A DNA stretch of 32,000 nt, taken from positions 480,244-512,243 of the forward strand of contig NW_008806274.1 of the NCBI RefSeq assembly GCF_000400465.1. Reading direction: 5' to 3'. Position numbers and translations under genes: made by a program. This document shows positions 23,990-32,000 of the stretch, piece by piece. The notes beneath the pieces were generated by a model. It did no database searches and was not told where the DNA came from. It was given only the letters and a program-made list of their open reading frames with translations. Position 1 is the stretch's first letter, and every line of letters starts with the position of its first letter. Origin of the DNA: Wallemia ichthyophaga EXF-994 (lineage: Eukaryota; Fungi; Basidiomycota).

Positions 23990-25916
23990 CTAATTATCTT
24001 TCTTAGATATGGACGAGTTCATCTCGTTCACAGTCTGTCTCAGTTTGATTTCATCGTTGTCAAGTGGTCTGTCCTTGTTTGATTTGCTGCATCTAGCACT
24101 GCTATGCAACGCCAATGCCCTGTCACGCACGATAGCCGCACTCGCAGAGTTATCCCATATAGCTATCTTGAAAAGCCTAGCAAAGATACCCTTAATTACG
24201 AAATGTCCGTGAGAAGCTACGAGCGCTGCGACAAAAGCTACTAAGACACCACCATGCGCTGCGAGTATACCGCTATTTTTGAACGACGTATTGAAGAGAA
24301 TGACGAGTGATGTGTTGATCATTGCACTGAGCCAGCTCAAAAACGACAAAGCGTCGAGCCATGGTCCAATACTATCCGTTGAACGGGGTATACAGCGACT
24401 ATAATGTTTGATGAGCTTGAATGCGTCTCCGCGAATTTCAAAAAAGTTGTTGATCAGTCCCATGAGTGGTGCAAGTGGCCATGCGACACTCCATAGCGAG
24501 ATAAAGCCGAACTGAATTGGTTTAGTGATTTTTTCAAAAAGCAAACGAAACACACCTGCGTAACCATCTCCGCATAGTCCTCGAACAGATCATATGTATC
24601 CTTAGCGACTTCCTCTCTGACGGCTTGCAGATAATCTCTCTCTTCTGGAGCGTCTTTCGGGGTGTAAGTGTTCTTGGAGATGTGCGATCTAACGAAGGAC
24701 ATGATATAGGGAAGACCAACTTCTTGGAAGGTACCAATAGCTTGAGAGGTAACCATCTGCGCGAACAGCTGCGTCTGTATCCTACTTCCATCAATCTCTA
24801 CTATCTCATTTGTGCCGAATATCTCAAACTTCTCAAATCTCTTTGATGCCGCCTTCACCAGATCCTTACCGAAGGGTATATACACATATGCCGTCAACGC
24901 AAGACCGGCAAAGCTGACAAGAGAGTTGAGAGTGAAAGACTTTATGGTCAAGCTTGCCTCTGTGTCGCTGTGCGTGGCGTGGTTTTCCCATCTACTCAGC
25001 TTGTTGAGCACGGGTTGATATGCAGTGATGAGCAGCGGAACAATACCGCTGCATACTGCACTCAATATGAGTGACTGTTTGAGTGTGTTAGACGTTGGTG
25101 TCTTCGACACTTTCTACCCACAATGTACGACTTGAGAGGACCGTTGTAGAATTGTAATCCAAACTCCTCTATGAAGAAGATGCTGAGTTGTGTGTGAGTT
25201 TATAACAGCCAGAAACACCACACACACATGGTGAGTAGGGCAGCCAATAGCATGGCGAATAGCGCAAGGACAGGAAGCGTAGCCATTAGCTTACTCTCAC
25301 GAACATACCACGCCGTTCTTTCTCTCTCTACTCTGGTCAATTCGATGCTCTTCGAGCCATCAGAACCCCACTGCACGCTAAGAGCGCGTTCCGCTACACG
25401 CCAGTACTCGACGAAAGCTACAGCGTAAAGACTAACGAATATGGCGTAAAATGAACTAAATTGAGAGCTCCTAAACCAGCAAAAAAAGCCAATGAGGGAA
25501 GGCAAAATAAGTGACCTAAAGTAAGACCTCAAGAAGGCGAAATAGAAGCCAACGTTAACACCAAAGGCATTCTTGATGCTTGTGAGCTGTTGGTTGGATA
25601 AAAGATAACTGCTAGTCAAGTCGCTAATTAATGTTTTGTTGAAATCGTGATTGTGGGGTATGACGACTTTCTTCACGTCGGGTGATGCGTAGTGGACCAT
25701 GAAATAATCGTAGAGGTTATTGCACTCACTGTCTACACTCCGTCTAGTAGATTGTTTTGCTTGTAAGAATGCCAAGACCTCGTCGTCGTTGGAGCCGGGC
25801 CTCACAGCCCAGCTGAAAGAGCTCTGGAGTTGGTGGAGAGCCTTCAAATGAGCGTCGCTGCTGCTGAGCTTGTAAACGACTATGAGATCAACTTTCGCGG
25901 TCTCGAGACTGGGCAT
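23990..25916 (-). CDS. IST2: Anoctamin/TMEM16 family (Ist2-like) channel/scramblase, 596 aa, 4 exons
   Basis: Exons 25916-25228, 25182-25122, 25074-24556, 24511-23990. [84 protein letters not shown] are typical anoctamin motifs. Confidence 0.92.
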
Positions 25917-27236
25917 TGTTGTGGTATCTGTGAGAGAGGCGTTAACTGAGCTATAAATAGATGGCACTTGAAAATCCTATGGTTATTATTAGCTGTGTTA
26001 GAGGTACTGGGTCATGGGCTCTTTCGGTGTTCTGACTGTCAACTGGTCGATCAGTTTTCTTAATCTGCATTTCAAAGCATATCTTGGCATAAGTTGATGT
26101 GCGAGTGCGAGTGCTTGTGCTGCCAAAAGACACGACGCCTTTCTACTCTCAAACTTCGACGCATTAGACGTGCCAGAAAATTACTTCAACCCAAGTGGGG
26201 TAAAAGTTGGTGAGGTTGAGTGATGAGGTGGCTGTAAGGTGGAAGTACTTAGAGAAACTCATTTATCGCGTTTTTATACATAATTATTATGATGCTCGAG
26301 GCACAGCCTGGCATGAGTTTATTCAACAACAACGGTATATGATATCTAATCAAATTCTTAAAGTTGTATCGAGCCATGCCAATAGGGTCAGAGAATTGTA
26401 TTGCAGCTTATGCTCTGATTCCCGTCACTGGGCCCTCTGATCTCCAATTGAGTGGTCGTGCATAGCAAGCTGAAGAAAGGAAGGGCAAGAACAAAACAAA
26501 TTCAAGGTTGGAAATAATCAGTGCTTCAACTCGCGGCACGCCCAACCTCAAATCCCCGATTTCCTTCCAATCCGCAACGAATCATCGTTAGACGTGTTAT
26601 GTGGATTGGTAAAATTGTCTTGAATTATTCCTATCTATTTCAATATCCAAAGTATTTTTCTGCAAGAAATGATGATGATGATAAAATCTGAATATATTGT
26701 GAAGACGATAAATGTTATAAACTGCGTCCATCAATACTTCATAAAGCATGGGGAGTCAAAGGGGGGTTGCTGAATTTACTGAAAGTTTTTCTTAAATAGC
26801 GTCGTAATTTGTAAATTTATGGTGGTTCTCAATTACATTGAAACACCGGTTCTGCGAGATGATGAAGTTTTGATATTATTTACGCGCAATTTCTGACTTA
26901 TCAGCAATTCTGTAAACGTCTTGATCTTTGTGAGGTGAAACTGCACACAAAGAGCAAGGCGCTGAGATTAATAAAAGAATTAAGTCTAAGATGTATCAAA
27001 AGAAAAAGTAGTCGTTTAAATAGTTTAGAATTCTAGGTTTTATTCCCATTGTCTCGTTATCTTCATTGTCCTCGTGCATAATCATGCATAATCTTCATTG
27101 TTCTTTATTCTCATTGTTCTCATAGCGACCATGATGTCATGTTACCTGTTCCTGCATCTTGCCCGCTTTATTACCTACGAAGGTAGGGGCACATGCTTAT
27201 AACTTCAATAGTACGACTGGTACAACTTGCTAGTTC

Positions 27237-27316
27237 ATGATGAGGTCCCAGGTTCGATCCCTGGTATCTGCATAGACCAGCAGATATAGCTCAGTGGTAG
27301 TAGCGCATCACTAGTA
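27237..27316 (+). tRNA. Circularly permuted tRNA-Thr(AGT) gene: 3' half 27237-27272, 7-nt linker 27273-27279, 5' half 27280-27316
   Basis: The re-joined sequence GCAGATA TA GCTC AGTGGTAG TAGC G CATCA CTAGTAA TGATG AGGTC CCAGG TTCGATC CCTGG TATCTGC A is a 73-nt cloverleaf. It has a perfect 7-bp acceptor stem, 5-bp anticodon stem and 5-bp T stem, C32-U33, anticodon AGT, A37, the Thr identity pairs G1:C72 and C2:G71, A box TAGCTCAGTGG and B box GGTTCGATCCC. No complementary half exists in the normal order nearby. Confidence 0.9.
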
Positions 27317-27325
27317 ATAAATTCA

Positions 27326-27338
27326 TTTTTTGTTTTTT
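27326..27338 (+). terminator. RNA polymerase III terminator (T6-G-T6)
   Basis: TTTTTTGTTTTTT begins 9 nt after the end of the tRNA 5' half. Confidence 0.8.
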
Positions 27339-27648
27339 GCTGCCTTTTATTAATTAGGCCGATGTCATGACACATCTTGAGTGTAGTATCGAGTAGAGTT
27401 TTGGTTAACTTAATTTTTACGCGTTGCTTCAATCATTTGCCTGGAAGGCGGGTTGCTTTACAAAATTAAATGATGATGCTCTATGAGATTACCACGGATA
27501 TAAGTCTAGGCAGCACGCCAGACCAATCGGATGAAAAGTTACTCAACCAAGTAGCATTAACATCACGCTTTTAGACGTGCAGAAAATCCAGCGAAGCTGC
27601 ATATGTATATTTATACAATAAAAAAGTGAGCCAAGTGCACAGACAAGT

Positions 27649-28360
27649 TTACTCGTCGTCCTCTTCAGCCTCACCGTCACCGCCTTCAGCAGCAGCAGAG
27701 GCACGGGCGCGCTTACGCTTAACGCGACCAGGGCGAGCGCCACCGTATGGAGAGGTTTGAGAGAAGTCAATGTGCTTTTGGGAGTCGAGTCTGTATAGAA
27801 ATCAATAAACTATCGAGTAAAAGAAAAGGCGTAATACTCACCTCACAGTGAACGAAGGGACGTTGACGATCTGCTTACCAACGCGGATGTGACGTTGAAC
27901 AATGAGCACACGAGCGTGGTGGATCGACTTGGCAAGACCGCTCTTGAAGACCTGAGTCTGAAGACGACGTTCCAAGAAATCTTCAATCTTGAGAGCCAAT
28001 ACGTAATCGAGACGCCTGCACGAGGAGAACCGTTAATACGTTTATTCGTGACAGTGGACTTTCTCTTGAAGGGTTTAATGCCACTCACATTCTTGATTCG
28101 TCAAGTACACCAATACGCACAAGACGTCTGATCAATGCGTTACCTTCGAAAAGACGCTTTGGTTCCTTCTCATCGAGCTTGAGGAGCTCACGGGCAGCTC
28201 TACGGATCTTTGACAAGGTGAAAGCGATACGCCAGATTTCACGCTTGTTACGGAGACCGTATTCACCAGCGAGCTTTAACTCAGCGTCCAAACGGGCTGA
28301 TTCGAATGGACGACGTGGGACCTTGTAAGTCTTGCTGTGATTTACTGGCGCACGTGGCAT
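27649..28360 (-). CDS. RPS9: 40S ribosomal protein S9 (uS4), 195 aa, 3 coding exons
   Basis: Exons 28360-28089, 28015-27842, 27790-27649, with 73 and 51 nt introns. [82 protein letters not shown]. Confidence 0.98.
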
Positions 28361-28535
28361 CTATGTAGATGTTAGAGGATTTGGTTGATAGGAAGATTTG
28401 AGAGGTTGTGGTTGGTGCGAGTGAGTGGGTGGTGTGCAGCTTTGACGGTGTTTGCTGTGTGTACAGCCTTCAACACTACCCACTACCACTCTCTTCCCTT
28501 ACACGCCCCTCAAATTCCTTCCATTTTTCACTCAC
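28361..28535 (-). other. Putative 175-nt 5'-UTR intron of RPS9
   Basis: Minus-strand donor GTGAGT at 28535-28530. Branch CTAAC and acceptor ATAG lie immediately before the ATG (ctaacatctacatag|ATG). Confidence 0.6.
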
Positions 28536-28906
28536 ATCGAGGTCGCTGAGGAACCCGGCCAGACAAATTTACAGGCAAAATACGTCGCATAATTTTATTT
28601 TCAAAATTGCACAAAAGGGCGATTAAATTGTAGATTTGAGTAAACGTAGTCTTAGTCCTTTAGAATATCAAATTTGTTCCCTTAAATCGCCCGATTTATA
28701 TTGGCAAGGAAGTGAGATGACTCGGGGTGAGATGACAGGAATTGCAGGGACACACATCTCACACATCACCCAACATACCACAAACGCCTCTCCATATTAA
28801 TATACTCAATTACTCATGTTACACTGAAAATCTGACTGGCATAGATAAACTGAAATATGATACTCCATTTGATATTAAATTAGACTCAAACTACTGCTTG
28901 CTACTA

Positions 28907-30762
28907 CTAGTGTTGTATATGCGTGTGCGAATGTGCTTGCGCTTGTATCTGTCCCGTATCATACCCATTATAAGCCCCATACATACCACCAATCGGGGGA
29001 GGTGGGTAGTTAGGATACATCTGCACGGGTTGTTGCGGTACTGTCGGTGGTGGTGGAGCGTAGACCACATTAGATGGTGGTGGCTGAGGTACTTGAGGTG
29101 GTTGTGTCGGTGCCCCCGGTGGTGGATATTGAGGGAAGGGCGATTGAATTGCTGGCGCGCTTGGCAGTGGGCGGGATGGCTGTGATTGTTGTGACGGTTG
29201 TGGTGGCTGCGACATTGGCGACGGTTGCTGCTGCGCATACATAGCATGAGCGCCGCTATATTGCACGTCCGAGGGATTTTGCCAGGGTGACCAGCTGCCT
29301 TGAGGTGCCGGTGCTTGTGCTTGCGCTGGTGGAGGGGCACTGGCAGAAACAGGTAGTGGTGCTCCATACTGAGACGGGTATTGGGCAAAAACCGGCGACT
29401 GTCCTACGATTGGTATCTGCTGCGACACTTGAGGGAATTGAGGACCTTGAGGACCTTGTGGTGGCATTTGTGAAACGGGCGGTATTGGCGATGTGCGGGG
29501 AGGTGGGATGGGTGTGACTGGTGTAGCTTGTTGCATTGGTGGCATCTGCATCTGTTGCATTTGCTGTAGTTGCACTTGTTGCAGTGGAGCTTGTGGAGGT
29601 TGGGGCAATGGCTGCGAAGGCTGCGACGGCTGTGATGTTTGTGATGATTGTAATGGCTGCACTTGAGACACTTGTGGTATAGGTGAATGACCCGGCGAGA
29701 CTTGATAGAGGGGCTGCTGATAGTGCTCCTGATGGCTGTTCAAAGGCTGCTCCTGGTAGACGGGTTGGATAGCGTATGTATTAGGAGAAGGCTGTCTGAT
29801 TGGACTTGTGCTTGCTGGAATGTTTTCTGGCTGCGGCGATGGCAAAGGAGACGGAATGCGCAACTCACCTCCGTCTATATAATCAGGTCTGTAGAGTGAC
29901 ATGTTCGACAGCGATTGTCTGGTCCGCAATGATTGGGGGATAGTGGCAGGATGACCAGGACGCAACGACGTGGGATGACCGAGATTGGCGGTGCTGGTGC
30001 TTGTGGTGGTGGCGATGCTGCCACTCATATTACCATTGTTATTGCCGCTGCTGCTGCTCGTTGGCTGTCTCTCGCCTGGGGCTGACAGCCTTGGAGCTCG
30101 TTTGGCAGGTGGTCTCGTAGGAGTTGCGAGAGATTGCGTGGCTGGCTTCGTTGGGTACTTTTTAGGCGGTGGAGAGGCATTTGAGAAAAAGGTCAATTCA
30201 AGACGCACTTCGCCGCGATATTTGCCGCCGTCTTTCGAATCGAGAGTGAGGGGAACCCATACTGAAGAGTCTTAGCGCGTAGATAAGATAAGAATAGTGT
30301 AACACCCACAGTCATCCTCGCCTTTGGTAAGTGAACGCGTGAGATCGACGAAAGCCTCACCGACCTTGGTCGGATCCCTGCTATCATCAGCCCAGCATAC
30401 GACAGACATACTCTTGGTAGAAGCCGTTGACGCGCTGGAAGACCTTCTACCCATCGAATCCTCGAGTTCAGACATGATGGGAAAGCGCAACTCAGCATCC
30501 CATTCAGGCGCTTGGCCACCGCGGTTGATCGTCTGTGTACGCTTGGTAGGAACGGGTGAAGAGGGAATTCTTAGTGTAACGTATGGAGATTGCTTGCCTA
30601 TACGCTGCTTGTCAACCAGATTGCGCTGACCAAATGCGTCAAAATAGGAAAACAAGGCGGAAAACCGAACAAGAGACTCACGGCACGATCAACGACGATG
30701 ACGAGAGTACCAATCTCATTTCCAGCCTCAAATTGCTTGGGAGGTGGGCGAGGTGGAGACAT
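28907..30762 (-). CDS. INN1: C2-domain cytokinesis/ingression protein with Pro/Gln-rich tail (Inn1/Fic1 family), 583 aa, 3 exons
   Basis: Exons 30762-30682, 30625-30310, 30261-28907. IGTLVIVVDRARNLVDKQRIGKQSPYV, RTQTINRGGQAPEWDAELRF, KYRGEVRLELTFFSN, followed by a long PXXP tail. Confidence 0.88.
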
Positions 30763-30796
30763 GTACGATGTTGGTTGTTAAGAAGGAACGGCGAAG

Positions 30797-32000
30797 ATGG
30801 TCAGAGCAATTGCGTCAATATTGGATACAGATTTGTATAAGGTGAGTTTGTGTGTGTTTACGTGGTTATATTATAATTTATATTTAAACAGCTCACAATG
30901 CAACAAGCTGTCCTTGAGCATTTCCCCAATGTAGACGTTAGCTATCGATTCACAAATCGCAGTATGCAAATGCGTTTTAATAAACAAGCTTACGATTCTA
31001 TTATGGATGGATTACAATGTGCGTAAGATACGTAACAGCCACACAGCAGCCACTCAACTCACTCCACTCCAAGTCCTTACCCAACTCACCCTACAGCCCC
31101 ATGAATACTCCTATTTACTATCTGATAAGGCCCCCATGTTCAAATCCAGCTATGTCGATTACCTCTCCAACTACCGCTTCAAGCCACACGAGCAACTTGA
31201 CGTACGTCTCGTAAATACAGACAATAACGGCTTTGGTGACCTGGAAATTGATATACGTGGTAAATGGGTGGAGACCATCCTCTATGAGGTACCACTGATG
31301 TCAATTGTCTCCGAGTCTTACTTTGCTTACGTAGACACTGATTGGTCTTATGATGGCCAAGAATCTATCGCCAAAGAAAAAATGAAATCTATGGCTCAGA
31401 ATGGTATTATTCTCGCAGAATTCGGTAGCAGACGTAGAAGATCGTTTCAGGGACATGATATCGTTATACGCGCGCTTAAAGAGGAGAGTGATCGTTTGCA
31501 GAATACAGGCGCATCTGGTAAACTCGGTGGAACGAGTAACGTTTTTTTCGCTCTCAAGTACGATCTCCCTCCTATTGGTACTGTAGCCCATGAATGGACT
31601 ATGGGTATCGGTGCTATCACCGGATATAAGAATGCTAACTACACGGCATTGGATTTATGGGAAAAAACTTTCGGTGACAAACTACTCATCGCTCTCACTG
31701 ATACTTTCACCACTGAAGCTTTCTGGAGGGAATTATTGGACCATCCTCAGAAAGCTAGCAAATGGATTGGGATTAGACAGGACTCAGGTGATCCCGTCAA
31801 ATTCTGCAAGGATGCTAATGCTGTTTATCAGCAGTTGGGTATAGATACTCACACCAAAACTATCGTCTTTAGCGATGGACTGGATAGTGATTTGTGTATC
31901 AAGCTCAAGCAGGTAACAGACGAGCACGGCTTCAAATCTAGTTTTGGTGTTGGTACTTACCTCACAAACGACTACCGCAAAGCATCAAATGTTAGTGAAA
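30797..32000 (+). CDS. NPT1: Nicotinate phosphoribosyltransferase (3' end beyond the window)
   Basis: Exons 30797-30841, 30892-31018, 31074->32000. SILDTDLYKLTMQQAV, YRFTNR, ILYEVPLM, AEFGSRRRRS, GTSNV, GTVAHEW, LTDTFTT, GIRQDSGDP, IVFSDGLD, FGVGTYLTND. Confidence 0.97.

Noticed and set aside
26207-26440. 77-aa plus-strand ORF (MVRLSDEVAV...)
   Set aside because: Starts at a non-ATG codon, has no recognisable domain, and overlaps competing minus-strand frames.
26857-26966. Box C/D snoRNA-like arrangement (GATGATGA ... CTGA ... CTGA)
   Set aside because: No terminal stem and no guide sequence I can match to rRNA or snRNA. Such boxes arise by chance in AT-rich DNA. An Rfam/snoscan run would be needed.
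27209-27272. Reading the locus as a conventional tRNA whose 5' half is the upstream leader
   Set aside because: The upstream bases (ACTTCAA...) cannot pair with the 3' acceptor strand TATCTGC, and no CATCA precedes TGATG. Only the downstream half pairs.
27235-27432. Minus-strand 65-aa ORF ending MQIPGIEPGTSS
   Set aside because: It is the antisense translation of the tRNA T-arm and the T-rich terminator region.
1-32000. Transposon, CRISPR, rRNA or biosynthetic gene cluster
   Set aside because: No transposase/RT motifs, LTRs or TIRs, no spaced repeat array and no rRNA signatures. The transporter and dioxygenase are 9 kb apart among housekeeping genes, with no backbone enzyme.

Overview
Gene-dense eukaryotic (fungal) DNA with very short GT-AG introns (44-73 nt in coding regions). 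Gene content and compactness suggest a basidiomycete such as Wallemia (inference). Thirteen intron-containing protein genes can be modelled with frame-consistent splice sites: a PDR-type ABCG transporter, RPL34, a 1540-aa BBC1/AIM3-like scaffold, an AIM17/gamma-butyrobetaine dioxygenase-like enzyme, EMC2, MCM6, an unknown coiled-coil protein, an SLC35A nucleotide-sugar transporter, a Yox1-like homeodomain protein, an IST2/anoctamin, RPS9, an INN1/Fic1 C2 protein and NPT1 (3' end outside the window). The outstanding observation is at 27237-27316: a circularly permuted tRNA-Thr(AGT) gene. Its 3' half lies upstream of its 5' half, separated by 7 nt. The leader and trailer pair into a bulge-helix-bulge-like junction, a Pol III T-tract follows, and a possible substitute A-box precedes it. 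Permuted tRNA genes are known from red and green algae and an archaeon; I know of no fungal report. Also notable: the INN1 and NPT1 start codons diverge only 34 bp apart, and two gene-free blocks (about 5.7-8.0 kb and 25.95-27.2 kb) carry possible decayed reading frames. No mobile element, CRISPR or rRNA is supported.
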